Notes: generated from the sequence alone by a model not told the origin. A stretch of 64,000 nt of DNA from Candidatus Multivoradales bacterium (GCA_965248055.1 CBDFIJ010000004.1:3072001-3136000); one strand, 5' to 3'. Positions 10,729 to 21,616 are shown, counted from the first letter of the stretch. Program-made: numbers and translations.

Positions 10729-11517
10729 ATGAGCATGGATCTAAAGGGCAAGAACATTCTGGTCATGGGTGTGACCAACAAATTCAGTCTCGGATGGGCG
10801 ATCGCTGAGGTGGTGCGGGATGCTGGAGCGAATCTGGCGTTCAGCTACCAAGCGGAACGGCAGCAGGCTGGATTGGAAAAGTTGACCGCCAATATCGACG
10901 GCTGCCGTCTCTACCAATGCGACGTAACCGCCGAGGGCGAGTTGAAGTTGATGATGGCGGATCTGGGGGCGACTTGGGGCGGCATTGATGGCGTGGTACA
11001 CGCGATCGGCTTTGCTCCGCGCGCGGCAATGGAGGGGCGTTATTTGGACACCACCAAAGAGGATTGGTTGGTGGCGTTGGAGGTCTCTGCCTATTCGCTG
11101 TTGGCGGTGGCGCGGGAAGCGGAGGCTCATCTCAACGAAGGCGCTGGAATTGTCACCCTGACTTACTACGCCGCGGAAAAAGTGGTACCCAAATACAACG
11201 TTATGGGGGTTGCCAAGAGCGCCTTGGAATCGACCGTCCGTTACCTGGCCTACGATCTGGGCAAACTTGGCGTCCGGGTCAACGCGGTCTCCGCGGGACC
11301 GGTGAAAACCGTTGCCGCCCGCAGCATCCCCGGATTCATGCAGATGTACAGAAAGTTTGCCGATATGGCTCCGCTCAAGACTGGGATTGTGCCGCGCGAT
11401 GTGGGCAACCTGGGTGCCTATTTGCTCTCGCCGATGGCCGCGGGGATCACTGGCGAGACGGTTTATGTCGACGCTGGCTACCACGCTATGGGCATGGACC
11501 TTCCCGACGAAGACTAG
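10729..11517 (+). CDS. fabI: Enoyl-ACP reductase
   Basis: GVTNKFSLGWAIA, YNVMGVAKSALE catalytic motif, RVNAVSAGPVKT. Confidence 0.95.
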   Translation: MSMDLKGKNILVMGVTNKFSLGWAIAEVVRDAGANLAFSYQAERQQAGLEKLTANIDGCRLYQCDVTAEGELKLMMADLGATWGGIDGVVHAIGFAPRAAMEGRYLDTTKEDWLVALEVSAYSLLAVAREAEAHLNEGAGIVTLTYYAAEKVVPKYNVMGVAKSALESTVRYLAYDLGKLGVRVNAVSAGPVKTVAARSIPGFMQMYRKFADMAPLKTGIVPRDVGNLGAYLLSPMAAGITGETVYVDAGYHAMGMDLPDED

Positions 11518-11521
11518 TGCG

Positions 11522-12202
11522 TCACCGCCTTGGCCGACGCCAATTTCGTGTGATGAGAAACTGCGCGGAGTAGTAGAGAGGCCAAGTCAACACAGCACCA
11601 AACCCGATCGGACCGACCAAACGGCTCCAACCGATCAGGGAATCTGAAACTAGGTAAGCCCACGCGCCGATGGCGATCGGTAGCGACCGACGTTGGGCTG
11701 CGATTGCCATGGCAGCGATGGCAGTGATGTAGAAGGGGAGGGCGATCTGGAGTGGCCCTGGGCCCGAGGCAGCGCCGACGCGGGGCAGCAAGACCCACAA
11801 GGCTAGGCAGCCCAAGAGCACAATCGAAGACGCGCTCACCAGCCGCCATCGAGTCCACGGATCTTTGCGTTGCAGAAAGAGCACCAGATAGGCCAGGTGT
11901 CCGATCAAGAAAAATCCAATCGCGGGCAGAATCGAGGCCTCGAGTATGTCGAGTGAAAGGTCGCCAGCGCTGTGGGCGACCAGCCCGAGGACCAGGATGC
12001 CCCATCCCGGCCGTCTGGGGATCGCTACTGCTGCGATCAAGAACCCAATCGCCGCTCCCTTGGCCAGTAATACCAGAGAGGGTGAGAACTCGAAGCCAGC
12101 TCCGCGATCACCGAGCCAATAGAGGAGCGCAAAGCAGATCGAGATTGCTGCCAGAGCCTTGCTCCATCGGCCATGATCGTGGGCTAACTCGGCTGTGGTC
12201 AC
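11522..12202 (-). CDS. YhhN/lysoplasmalogenase-family membrane protein
   Basis: HSAGDLSLD, FFLIGHLAY, LVSDSLI, TWPLYY motifs; GTG at 12202 overlaps upstream stop (GTGA). Confidence 0.8.
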   Translation of the reverse strand: MTTAELAHDHGRWSKALAAISICFALLYWLGDRGAGFEFSPSLVLLAKGAAIGFLIAAVAIPRRPGWGILVLGLVAHSAGDLSLDILEASILPAIGFFLIGHLAYLVLFLQRKDPWTRWRLVSASSIVLLGCLALWVLLPRVGAASGPGPLQIALPFYITAIAAMAIAAQRRSLPIAIGAWAYLVSDSLIGWSRLVGPIGFGAVLTWPLYYSAQFLITRNWRRPRR

Positions 12203-13968
12203 GGGCCTTCTCGGTTTGCCTCGGCAGGGTAGGCCGAGCGCACGTGGAGCATGAACAACGCGGCGGTGATCAAGCCAACCAGGAGCCCTGGCAGTGCTTC
12301 TAGCCATCCTTTAAACAGTGCGGTTCCCATCGCCGAGAGAGTGGCAAACACCATCACCACACCGAGCCACCAAGCCGCGAGATCGCGCCAACCCCACCAA
12401 CGTTCAGAGCGCTGATTTCGCCGCGCCACTGGACCCCACCAGGGACTGCCCGGCTGCACCCGTTGGTAGAACCGATCCAAGGTGGCGGCATCGACCGCGG
12501 GCGTCAGCAGGGTCGCGCTGACCCAAACCGCGGTCGAGACGCCGGCGATCAAGATCAGCCGCGTGCCGAATATCATGTTCGGCGCGAGTTGCACTGAGAT
12601 CGCGTAGCTGGTTGCTGATGCGGTCCAGGCTGCGATCTCGCTCCAGGCGTTGACTCGCCACCACAGCCAGCGGCCAATGTAGACCCCGCCGACCCCTGAT
12701 GACAGGCCATACAGCAGTCGCCAAGCGCCGGCCACCGAAGACATCGAATAGGCCACTACACCAGCAATAATCATCAGCGCCACCGAGATCCAGCGCGACA
12801 GGCGCACCAACCGTCGATCATCCCAGGTGCTAGGCAAGCGTGGTTTCAGGAAGTCGTTGACCACCAACGACGCACCCCAGTTGATGTGGGTGTCTACGGT
12901 CGACATGAAGGCTGCCACCAAGCTGGCCACCATCAACCCCAGCCATCCCGCGGGGAGATAAGCCAACGCCATTTTGGGGTAGCCCATTTCGGCGTCCTCC
13001 AGGTCGGGAAAGATGATCAACGAAATCAACGCGACGATGATCCATGGCCAGGGGCGCAGGACGTAGTGGGCGACCGTAAACCACATCGAAGCCAGGACAC
13101 TATGACGAGGATTCTTGGTCGAGAGAGTTCTCTGCGCTAGATAGCTACCGCCGTCGGAGTTGCGACTGGCCCACCACTGGACGGCGAGAAAGGCACTAAA
13201 GGTGATCCACGGTAGCGAGCTGGTCTGGCCGTTCGGAAAGAAGTCGAGGAATCCGTCGGCAGCGTCTCCAAATCGCTCGGCCAAGCCAACGCGCAATCCC
13301 TCAGCGCCGCCGATATCACGCCAGGCAAACACAGCTAGAGCGATGGAACCGATCATAGCCATCACGAACTGGACGATATCGGTCACCACCACCCCCCAAT
13401 AGCCGGCCATCACCGTGTAAACAACTGCGACGATCAGACACACCAGGATGCCCGCCCATCGACCGTCGATGATTCTGCTCAGTCCAGCCCAGGCCACCCA
13501 ACGGTCCAGATCAAAGAAAGCGTCCATGATCTTGACCATCGCCAAGGTAACCCAGCCGAGTATGATTGAGTTGATTACCACGCCATCCCAGAGGGCGCGG
13601 AAGGAGCGCAAGAAGTGGGCGGGTTTGCCCGAATAGCGCAGCGGGATTAGTTCGATGTCGGTGAGTACCCCGGCGCGTCGCCATAGCGGTGCGTAAAACA
13701 GAGTTGCCGCGACGTGGGCGATCGCCACACTCCACCAAAACCAGTTGCCGGCGATCCCGTTCTCGGCGACCAGACCGGTAATCGCCAACGGCGTGTCGGC
13801 GGCGAAAGTCGTCGCCACCATCGAAGTTCCAGCAACCCACCAGGGCAAACTGCGACCCGAAAGAAAGTATTCGTCGAGCCCGCTTCCTGCACGGCGGGAA
13901 AAGATCGCCCCAACGCCAACCGCAAAAAGCAAGTAGGCCAAGACAATGACGAAGTCGATCGCCGACAT
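12199..13968 (-). CDS. Sodium:solute symporter family protein
   Basis: EYFLSGRSLPWW, SMVATTFAADTP, AAFMSTVDT, many transmembrane segments. Confidence 0.92.
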   Translation of the reverse strand: MSAIDFVIVLAYLLFAVGVGAIFSRRAGSGLDEYFLSGRSLPWWVAGTSMVATTFAADTPLAITGLVAENGIAGNWFWWSVAIAHVAATLFYAPLWRRAGVLTDIELIPLRYSGKPAHFLRSFRALWDGVVINSIILGWVTLAMVKIMDAFFDLDRWVAWAGLSRIIDGRWAGILVCLIVAVVYTVMAGYWGVVVTDIVQFVMAMIGSIALAVFAWRDIGGAEGLRVGLAERFGDAADGFLDFFPNGQTSSLPWITFSAFLAVQWWASRNSDGGSYLAQRTLSTKNPRHSVLASMWFTVAHYVLRPWPWIIVALISLIIFPDLEDAEMGYPKMALAYLPAGWLGLMVASLVAAFMSTVDTHINWGASLVVNDFLKPRLPSTWDDRRLVRLSRWISVALMIIAGVVAYSMSSVAGAWRLLYGLSSGVGGVYIGRWLWWRVNAWSEIAAWTASATSYAISVQLAPNMIFGTRLILIAGVSTAVWVSATLLTPAVDAATLDRFYQRVQPGSPWWGPVARRNQRSERWWGWRDLAAWWLGVVMVFATLSAMGTALFKGWLEALPGLLVGLITAALFMLHVRSAYPAEANREGP

Positions 13969-14011
13969 CGCGGCAGGCTACCACCAGGGTGTATACGGGT
14001 CTCCGAAAAGA

Positions 14012-14043
14012 AAGGGGACACAAACAAAGTATTGTGTCCCCCT
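14012..14043. repeat. GGGGACAC...GTGTCCCC short inverted-repeat element
   Basis: AAAGGGGACACAAACAAAGTATTGTGTCCCC. Confidence 0.75.
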
Positions 14044-14049
14044 CCTGGC

Positions 14050-14084
14050 AAACAAGAAAACGGCCCGCCATTCGGCGAGCCGTT
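14050..14084 (-). terminator. Rho-independent terminator of HU gene
   Basis: CGGCCCGCC-attc-GGCGAGCCG hairpin with A-tract on its left (U-tract on minus strand). Confidence 0.6.
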
Positions 14085-14109
14085 CTATCAACACTTGCTC
14101 GAAACCGAA

Positions 14110-14403
14110 CTACTCGGCGACGCGATCTTTGAGACCTTTGCCAGCCTTGAAGTAGGGGTACTTCTTGGCTGCAATGGTGATGGTCTCACCGGTAGCTGGG
14201 TTGCGGCCCTGACGGGCTGCGCGGTCTTTGGTGCCAAAGGTGCCGAAGCCAGTGATCTGCACTTTGCGACCGGCATCCAGTTCGACGGCGATAATGCCTT
14301 CACCAGAGGTGGTCGAGAAAATGCAATTGATGATCTCTGCTGCCTTCGCCTGGCTGAGGTCGGCTTTTGTCGCCAACTTGGCTGCCATATCTGACTTCTT
14401 CAT
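14110..14403 (-). CDS. hup: HU family DNA-binding protein
   Basis: MKKSDMAAKLA...VQITGFGTF...RQGRNPATGETITIAAKKYPYFKAGKGLKD. Confidence 0.93.
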   Translation of the reverse strand: MKKSDMAAKLATKADLSQAKAAEIINCIFSTTSGEGIIAVELDAGRKVQITGFGTFGTKDRAARQGRNPATGETITIAAKKYPYFKAGKGLKDRVAE

Positions 14404-14570
14404 TCCGTTGCTCCTCCTTGTTAAGGACTGCGGGGTTGTTTGTTCCTGTCTGACCACATTGGTCACGGGTGACGGTAAAGAAATGTAACAGGGTAAAGGC
14501 GGTTTGCCAAGGTGCAACTGTGCTTCCCATCTCCCGTCTGCCCGACCTGCGGGCTGTTTAGCGATTTCCT

Positions 14571-15707
14571 CTAGCTTGCTTTGATGTGGCGTATCCAGAC
14601 TGGCACTTCCAATTCCTGCTCCAGAATCACGGTTCGCACGCTGCCCTCCGGAAGCTCGACCGGCTCGCCGCGATCTTTGGCGGCCCGGGCCGCGCCGATT
14701 GCCGCGCCAATTAGGGCTCCCATTTTGGCTCCGTCGGAATCTTTGAAAATGCTCCCGGCTGCGGCCCCTGCCGCCGCTCCGCCGCCAATGCGGGTCGCGT
14801 CCTTTTTCTTTTGTCCGGAGTCTTCGCCCGACCAGGGGATGTCAATGTCGATCGAGTCGTCACCGGCTAACTCTAAGGTGTTAAAGAGGATAGCCAGCGT
14901 GGCTTGACCGCCAAACCGTTTGGTTGGAGTTGCTTCTAGAACTTCGCCGACCAACTCGCTTCCGGCCGGGATGGCAAAAGTTCCGTCCACCAAGTGACTC
15001 TTGGAAACTCGCACCCGCACCTCATCTCCGATCTCACTCCACTCGCTGGAAACCGCGGACAGAAATTCAATTTCCAACTCGCTGCCGGATTCCACAGTCA
15101 CCCAGGTGGTCTCCACTGTTTCGGTCACCGTCGCGTTGCCTTCAGGTTTTACTGGCTGTTCGGTCGCGGCCATTAGCTCGCTGTCGTCCGCAGGCGAGGT
15201 CTCAGGTTGCAGTGGCGATTCGCTGGGTGAATCGGGGGCGGTCGCAGCAGTTGTGGGCACCGGCGGCGGTGTCACGTCGGCAACCGTCACGGGTACCACG
15301 TCGGCGACCTGGGTCCGGTCGCTGCGATAAGTGTCGGCATCCTGAACCCGCGTGGCTTCCGACGCTTCGGCGTCCACTGCCACTCGTTCATAAGGGTCGT
15401 TGCCGGGCAGTTCGCTCTCGGGCAGCGCTTGCAGTGAGTCTTTTGCCGCCTGATCTGGAGCGGATGGGTCGGTACCGGACTGGCCGGTTCTGACTAGGGT
15501 AGTGTCTTGCTCTTGACGATCAGCAGTCTGTTCCTGGAAACCAGTGCTGTTCTCCTGAAGATCCGCACTGTTCGTTTCTCTGCCACCGCAGGCCAGCGTC
15601 ATGCTAGCCACTAGCAGGCAAGCCGCGCCCAGTGTCGCAGCAAGCGGCTGGTTTGCACGGTTGGCAAAAGCGGTCCGAGATATGGATAGGTTTGTGGTTG
15701 CAATCAT
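14571..15707 (-). CDS. Hypothetical lipoprotein with low-complexity linker and C-terminal glycine-zipper/TrbI-like domain
   Basis: Lipobox-like TLAC, GGGAAAGAAAG...GALIGAAIG, IPAGSELVGEV. Confidence 0.6.
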   Translation of the reverse strand: MIATTNLSISRTAFANRANQPLAATLGAACLLVASMTLACGGRETNSADLQENSTGFQEQTADRQEQDTTLVRTGQSGTDPSAPDQAAKDSLQALPESELPGNDPYERVAVDAEASEATRVQDADTYRSDRTQVADVVPVTVADVTPPPVPTTAATAPDSPSESPLQPETSPADDSELMAATEQPVKPEGNATVTETVETTWVTVESGSELEIEFLSAVSSEWSEIGDEVRVRVSKSHLVDGTFAIPAGSELVGEVLEATPTKRFGGQATLAILFNTLELAGDDSIDIDIPWSGEDSGQKKKDATRIGGGAAAGAAAGSIFKDSDGAKMGALIGAAIGAARAAKDRGEPVELPEGSVRTVILEQELEVPVWIRHIKAS

Positions 15708-15931
15708 GACTTGTCTCCCACGATCTTGGGGAGCAAGGCCGGTGCCAAGATCGAATCAGATCCCGGCCCCCCTCGCTCCCCGCCGCCGGGATGACGAGAG
15801 AAAAGACAAGGTGCACTCTGTCGGACTGCTACTTGGGCCTTGGCCTAGCGTCTTTCCGCAGGGGCGGGGATAAACCCGCCCCTGCGGAGGCGACGGTCCA
15901 ATCCCATTTTCTTGTAGGGGAGGGGCGTTAC

Positions 15932-16330
15932 CCTCACAGCCTGCCCCCACATCATCACCCCACAGCCTGCCCCCACATCATCACCTCACAGCCTGCCCCC
16001 ACATCATCACCCCACAGCCTGCTCCCACATCATCACCTCACAGCCTGCCCCCACATCATCACCCCACAGCCTGCTCCCACATCATCACCTCACAGCCTGC
16101 CCCCACATCATCACCCCACAGCCTGCCCCCACATCATCACCTCACAGCCTGCCCCCACATCATCACCTCACAGCCTGCCCCCACATCATCACCTCACAGC
16201 CTGCCCCCCATCATCACCTCACAGCCTGCCCCCACATCATCACCCCACAGCCTGCCCCCCATCATCACCCTGAAGCTGCCCCCACATCGTCATCCCCGTA
16301 GGGAGGGGGTTCTCGGGGGTCGGGGATCTT
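15932..16330. repeat. About 13 x 26-bp tandem array ending in a GTCATCCCC palindromic element
   Basis: Unit CC(T/C)CACAGCCTGC(C/T)CCCACATCATCA, no spacers; ends CGTCATCCCCGTAGGGAGGGGG...GGGGGTCGGGGATCT. Confidence 0.9.
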
Positions 16331-16397
16331 TTCTGAGTCAAGTAACCGATGCGGTCGGGGAGTCTCTTCAGCTAGGTACTAGATTGGACTGGTTGAT

Positions 16398-18170
16398 CTA
16401 CTGCTCTCGAGCCGCTGCAATGTAGCGCTCGACCATCGTCCGCAGGGTTCCCAGCGGCACCGAGCCTTGCGACAACACCACATCGTGGAAGGCGCGGATG
16501 TCGAACGACTCTCCCAGTGCTGCTTCAGTCTGTGCTCGTAGGCGGCGAATCTCGAGTTCGCCCAATTTGTAGGACAACGCTTGGGCTGGCCAGGAAATGT
16601 AGCGATCGGTTTCGGTCTCGACCTCGTGCAAGGACAACGCAGTATTTGAAGCCAAGAAGGCCATTACCTGATCGCGGCTCCATCCCATGGCGTGAATCCC
16701 GGTGTCGACCACCAACCGACAAGCGCGCCACATCTCGTAGGTCAGGCGACCAAAGTTGCTGTAGGGATCAGTATAGAAACCGGCCTCCAGCCCCAGTCGT
16801 TCGGAGTACAAGCCCCATCCTTCACCGAAGGCCGAGATGTACTCAAACTTGCGAAAGGCCGGAACCTCCTCCAGCTCGGCAGCCAGCGCGGTTTGCAGGT
16901 GATGGCCGGGCACTGCTTCGTGCAGCGTTAGCGCCTCCAGGTTGTACAGCGGGCGAGTGTCGAGGGCGTAGGTGTTAACCCAGTAGATCCCCGGGCGGGT
17001 ACTGCCAGCCGGAGCATCGACGTAACGCCCGGCGGTGTATCTGGCTGCCAGATGGTCGGGCACCGGTTCGACCGCGTAGGGAAGTCGGGGTAGACGACCG
17101 AACAGCCGGGGCAGTTGGCCGTCCATTTTCTTAGACAAGTATGCGGCTTGTTTGAGCAGTTCTTCGCCGGACTTGGGATAGAACTGCGGATCGGTACGCA
17201 AGAAGGTGAGGAAGTCATCGAAGCTGCCCTCGAAGCCAACCTCTTCGATCACCGCCTCCATCTCGGATCGGATGCGTGCCACTTCTTCGACGCCAATCTG
17301 GTGGATCTCTCCCGGGGTCAGATCCAGGGTGGTGTAGTAGCGAATTTGATTCTGGTAGTACGCCTCGCTATTGGGAAGATGCAGAGCGCCGCCAGTCGGC
17401 CGGGTGTTGGGTAGGTATTCCTGGACTAAGAACTCCCGCAGTTGGGCGTAGGCTGGGACCACCGTCTCGTTGATGACTTGAGAACCGAGCTCGGCCAATC
17501 CAGCCCGCTCGCTCGCGGGAACCCCCACCGGGAACTCTGCGAACGGGGCATAGAACACGCTCTTGGTCGGCTCGTCCACCACGTGCGCCGCCGCCGTGTC
17601 CTCGATACCGACCAGAACTTCCTGCGGTTGGCTCATGCCGCGCGCCAAGCCAGCGCGCATGTTGTCGATGTTTTGGCCGAAGTAGCCACCGATCGCCTGG
17701 AGTCGGGCAATGTAGTTTCGGTAGTCGGCGAGGGTTGCTAGCGGGATCATGTTGGGCAAGCTGGCGATCGCCGAATGAAATCCCGAATCGGCGTTGAACG
17801 GGATTTCAAAACTGCCAAATTCGACCGTCGCGATCTCTGCCTCGATCTGACGGCGGAACACGTCGTAGTTGATGCGGTCGCTGGTGGACAGTGATTCCTG
17901 ATCGATGGCATCGAGGTCTTCCAGCAGGCTCCGCCAAGTCGGGAGTCTTCGTAGGTAAGCCTGGCGCGAGACATCCGCCAGCCGGTCGTTGTAGCGGTTA
18001 TCTCCCACTGCGGTGGCGAACTGCGGGTATTCCTGCATCTGGAATTCCCAGCCCCGGGAAAAAATCTCATCTAGCGGATTTACTGAATCCTGAGCGACCC
18101 CTGGTGACGCAATCGTCATTCCAACCAAAGCAGCCAGATTGCAAAAATGGAGAAAACGACAATGACTCAT
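16398..18170 (-). CDS. DUF885 family secreted metallopeptidase-like protein
   Basis: HEAVPGHHLQ, EGWGLYSE, RACRLVVDTGIH, PAQALSYKLG. Confidence 0.9.
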   Translation of the reverse strand: MSHCRFLHFCNLAALVGMTIASPGVAQDSVNPLDEIFSRGWEFQMQEYPQFATAVGDNRYNDRLADVSRQAYLRRLPTWRSLLEDLDAIDQESLSTSDRINYDVFRRQIEAEIATVEFGSFEIPFNADSGFHSAIASLPNMIPLATLADYRNYIARLQAIGGYFGQNIDNMRAGLARGMSQPQEVLVGIEDTAAAHVVDEPTKSVFYAPFAEFPVGVPASERAGLAELGSQVINETVVPAYAQLREFLVQEYLPNTRPTGGALHLPNSEAYYQNQIRYYTTLDLTPGEIHQIGVEEVARIRSEMEAVIEEVGFEGSFDDFLTFLRTDPQFYPKSGEELLKQAAYLSKKMDGQLPRLFGRLPRLPYAVEPVPDHLAARYTAGRYVDAPAGSTRPGIYWVNTYALDTRPLYNLEALTLHEAVPGHHLQTALAAELEEVPAFRKFEYISAFGEGWGLYSERLGLEAGFYTDPYSNFGRLTYEMWRACRLVVDTGIHAMGWSRDQVMAFLASNTALSLHEVETETDRYISWPAQALSYKLGELEIRRLRAQTEAALGESFDIRAFHDVVLSQGSVPLGTLRTMVERYIAAAREQ

Positions 18171-18473
18171 AAATCCCTCGCTAAATCGGTGTGGACAGGT
18201 GGGCGAGAGCGGGAAAATCAATTCTCGATTTGCCGCCCTAGCAAGACTACAAGACTAGCCGTGGTTTCCTAGATCATCTGTGGCAATCACCGGCGGTATG
18301 CCTCGGATCGGTGTCTCTCCTACAGCCAAACGGTGAATTGTTCCGTATAGTCTGCAACCGAGTGGCCCGAGTGGGTTCAGGTCAGCGAAGACTCGACCGA
18401 TCGAACTCGCCCGTCCAACTCTGTCTTGACTGGCTCGTGTAAGACTCGTTCTGCAATCAGGAGGACCATTTCA

Positions 18474-19079
18474 ATGAAAAGACTGTTATCCACGATTACA
18501 TTCTTGTCGGCATTTCTGCTGGCGGCTACCTTGGCCGGCGCCCAAGAATTCACTATGGACACTTCACACGCACATGTCGGCTTTGGGGTTCGCCATTTCA
18601 CCGTCTCCACGGTGCGCGGATCGTTTGCTGATTTCGAGGCCGCAGTCACTTACGATGCTGACAACCCAGCCGATTCCTCGGTTAGCGTGACTATCCAGGC
18701 TGCCAGCGTCGACACCAGGATGGAACAACGCGACAACCACTTGCGCAGCGAAGATTTCCTCGATGTCGAGAACCACCCCGAGATCACCTTTAGTAGCACC
18801 TCTGTCGCTCAGACGGAGAGTGGGTTTGACGTCACTGGCGACCTGACCATCCGCGGGGTGACTAAAGAAGTAGTACTGCCGGTCGAAGTGATCGGTCCGA
18901 TTACCGATCCACTGGGTCTTCAACGCATCGGGATCAGCGGCGAACTGGTCATCGACCGCAAAGAATTTGGCATCTCCTGGAACCGTACCATGGACGCCGG
19001 TGGCCTGTTCGTCGGCGACGACGTGACGATCATCATCGAGGGCGAATTCACTCACAACCCGAATCCCGAAGACTCCTAG
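18474..19079 (+). CDS. YceI family polyisoprenoid-binding protein
   Basis: Signal peptide, DTSHAHVGF.VRH, RDNHLRSEDF, GDLTIRGVTK; GGAGG RBS. Confidence 0.92.
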   Translation: MKRLLSTITFLSAFLLAATLAGAQEFTMDTSHAHVGFGVRHFTVSTVRGSFADFEAAVTYDADNPADSSVSVTIQAASVDTRMEQRDNHLRSEDFLDVENHPEITFSSTSVAQTESGFDVTGDLTIRGVTKEVVLPVEVIGPITDPLGLQRIGISGELVIDRKEFGISWNRTMDAGGLFVGDDVTIIIEGEFTHNPNPEDS

Positions 19080-19085
19080 CTCAGA

Positions 19086-19117
19086 AAAAGGGGACACAAA
19101 CAAAGTATTGTGTCCCC
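19086..19117. repeat. GGGGACAC...GTGTCCCC short inverted-repeat element
   Basis: Third copy of the same core. Confidence 0.75.
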
Positions 19118-19277
19118 GGCCGCAGATTTGAGATCCTTCGACTTCCTCGCCGGGCTCGGTCGCTCAGGATGACCAGTGGTGGCGAGAGCCGGTAAAGGGC
19201 TCCCCTACATCAAGATATTGGGTGGTTCTGGTGACCTTGAGGCGAGCGGGAGCTCTGCTGTGAGCGCTGACCAGCAA

Positions 19278-20129
19278 CTACAGTTCAACCGCAGTGCCGC
19301 TGAGCACGATGCCACCTTCAACCGGGATATTGACGGACAACCGACTGGGGCGCCCCATCGTTTCCCCTTGGCGAATCAGAATCGATGCTGGCGCTTGCAC
19401 CAAACCAGCGTCTCGCAGATATCCGCCCAATGCGGCAGCCGCAGCTCCAGTGGCGGGGTCTTCGACCACACCACCGACGGGGAACGGATTCCTGGCATGA
19501 AAGACCTCCGACGACTGACGCCAGATCAGCTGTAGCGTGGTTAGACCGTCTTCGATCATCAACGCCTTGAGCTGATCGAAGTCGTAGTTCAGATCGGACA
19601 AACGCTGTTCGCGTTGAACTGCCAAAATCAGGTGGCAAGCGCCTGCATAGGCACGGGCGGCTGGGATCGAAGCATCCAATTCTGAGGGCAACCAATGCAA
19701 TGTCGCCAGAGCTGCGGAAACCAGTTCGGGCGAGGCGGGTTCTGATCGCGGTGGAACAGAGGTTAGTGAAGCGGTACGAATTCCGTCTTCTGTAGTCACC
19801 GTAACGGGCACTTCACCGACCGCAGTCGAAAGTCGATAGACGCCATCGCCAGCTGTCTGTCCGAGTGCAACCCCTGTGGCAATTGTTGCGTGACCGCAAA
19901 AAGACACTTCCGCTTCCGGGCTGTAGTAGCGGATGGTGCGCAAACTTCCATCGTCTGGTGCGATGAAAGCAGTCTCGGAAAAGCCGACCTCTGCGGCAAC
20001 CCGCTGCATCTCTGTAGCCTCAGGCAGTTGCGCCCCGATCCATACTCCTGCTGGATTGCCCCCGTTCGGGTCAGTGGTAAAGGCGGTAAGTTTTCTAAGA
20101 GTCCCTGAGGTGATGGTGGTTTGCGTCAT
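19278..20129 (-). CDS. PhzF family isomerase
   Basis: AFT...GGNPAGV, FSETAF, EVSFCGHAT, EDPATGAA, QGETMGRPS. Confidence 0.92.
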   Translation of the reverse strand: MTQTTITSGTLRKLTAFTTDPNGGNPAGVWIGAQLPEATEMQRVAAEVGFSETAFIAPDDGSLRTIRYYSPEAEVSFCGHATIATGVALGQTAGDGVYRLSTAVGEVPVTVTTEDGIRTASLTSVPPRSEPASPELVSAALATLHWLPSELDASIPAARAYAGACHLILAVQREQRLSDLNYDFDQLKALMIEDGLTTLQLIWRQSSEVFHARNPFPVGGVVEDPATGAAAAALGGYLRDAGLVQAPASILIRQGETMGRPSRLSVNIPVEGGIVLSGTAVEL

Positions 20130-20352
20130 GGCTAGAGAACCGGCGAAAGTGGTCGGTTATTCCGCTCCGGTAGCCATCCCGAGGGAATGGTCGAGGGTAT
20201 CCAGCGCGGGAGCCCATAAAGGGCTCCCCTACATACAAGGCACCCCATGCTTCGCGTGGCCGTCTCGCGACAAAGCAGCGGCGATGGGTCTCTGGAGTTG
20301 ACCCGTCTTAGTGGACACTAAGAATAGGATCATTGGATCCAAGGAGGTGTTC

Positions 20353-20649
20353 ATGTCAGTAGTTCGTCGTCGATTTAGCAAAGAGTTCAAACGAGAAGCA
20401 GTACATCAGGCTCTGGAAAGCGATCTGCCGATGTCGTCAGTGGCTCGAGATCTAGACATCCGGCCGAATCTTCTGGGCAGGTGGAAGCAGCAGTATTTGG
20501 AGGACCCTGATCAAGCGTTTCCCGGCGAGGGGCGTTTGCAGCCGGAGCAAGAGGAGGTGCGTCGTCTTCGCCGAGAGCTGGCGATGATGAAAGAGGAGCA
20601 CGCGATCCTAAAAAAAGCGGTGGCGATCTTCTCGGATCGACGGCGATGA
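20353..20649 (+). CDS. IS3 transposase OrfA (HTH)
   Basis: RRRFSKEFKREAV; A7G slippery site 20610-20617; ATGA overlap with OrfB. Confidence 0.92.
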   Translation: MSVVRRRFSKEFKREAVHQALESDLPMSSVARDLDIRPNLLGRWKQQYLEDPDQAFPGEGRLQPEQEEVRRLRRELAMMKEEHAILKKAVAIFSDRRR

Positions 20650-21545
20650 GATTTGATTTCATCCGCCGTCATCGGCGCGAGCATTCTGTGCGCGTCATGT
20701 GTCGTGTTCTGGAGGTATCACCGAGCGGTTATTACGCCTGGGTACGTCGTCCAGAGTGCCGACGTGGCCGGGAAGATCGCCGCCTTTTGACCCAGATTCG
20801 CATGATTCACTCGGAGAGTCGGCGGACGTATGGAAGCCCTAGAATCCATGGTGAGTTGCGAGACCGGGGTTTTTGCCACAGCCGCAAGCGTGTGACTCGC
20901 TTGATGCGCAGTCACGGCATTCGCTCAATACGGGCCAAGCAGTTTCGGGTAACGACGCAGTCGAAACATAAGCATCCGGTGGCTGCGAATGTATTGGATC
21001 GCCGCTTCGAGGTCGAAGATCCCAATCATGTGTGGTTAAGCGACATCACCTACATTCCCACCACTGAAGGCTGGCTGTACTTGGCAGCGATCATGGACCT
21101 TGGGTCCCGGCGTATTGTTGGTTTCTCGACCAGTACTCGTCTGACCCAGGATCTGACTCTACGGGCTCTGGACAGTGCGCTCTATGAGCGCCGCCCAGAT
21201 CCTGGGAGGCTGTTGCACCATTCTGATCGCGGTAGTCAGTACGCAGCGTCTGACTATCGCAAAAAACTCAAAGATGCCCGCATCACGGTGAGCATGAGCC
21301 GCAAGGGCAATTGCTGGGACAACGCACCGATGGAGAGCTTCTTTGCCAGCTTGAAGACCGAGCGGGTGCATCATGTGCGCTACACCAGCCGTCGCCAAGC
21401 TCAACGAGATCTATTCGATTACATCGAGATCTTCTACAACCGTAAACGACGCCACTCAAGCCTCGGAGGCTTGAGTCCTGTCGCCTACGAAGACCGACTC
21501 GCTGCCTCGGCAACGGTCGTCAACCAAACGGCTCTCCCTCAATGA
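20646..21545 (+). CDS. IS3 transposase OrfB (DDE integrase core)
   Basis: WLSDITYI, HHSDRGSQY, CWDNAPMESFF. Confidence 0.95.
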   Translation: MRFDFIRRHRREHSVRVMCRVLEVSPSGYYAWVRRPECRRGREDRRLLTQIRMIHSESRRTYGSPRIHGELRDRGFCHSRKRVTRLMRSHGIRSIRAKQFRVTTQSKHKHPVAANVLDRRFEVEDPNHVWLSDITYIPTTEGWLYLAAIMDLGSRRIVGFSTSTRLTQDLTLRALDSALYERRPDPGRLLHHSDRGSQYAASDYRKKLKDARITVSMSRKGNCWDNAPMESFFASLKTERVHHVRYTSRRQAQRDLFDYIEIFYNRKRRHSSLGGLSPVAYEDRLAASATVVNQTALPQ

Positions 21546-21616
21546 GAGCTAAACTATGTGTCCACCAAAACGGGGCAGCTTCACTCCTTGCGGTATTGGC
21601 CAACGGTGGTTCCAGG

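Larger units (their letters stand above)
20293..21583 (+). mobile_element. IS3 family insertion sequence, copy 1
   Basis: IRL TGGAGTTGACCCGTCTTAGTGGACAC, IRR GTGTCCACCAAAACGGGGCAGCTTCA, 3-bp target duplication CTC. Confidence 0.95.

Noticed and set aside
15791-16273. 160-aa His/Pro-rich ORF
   Set aside because: Translation of the 26-bp array; period is not a multiple of 3
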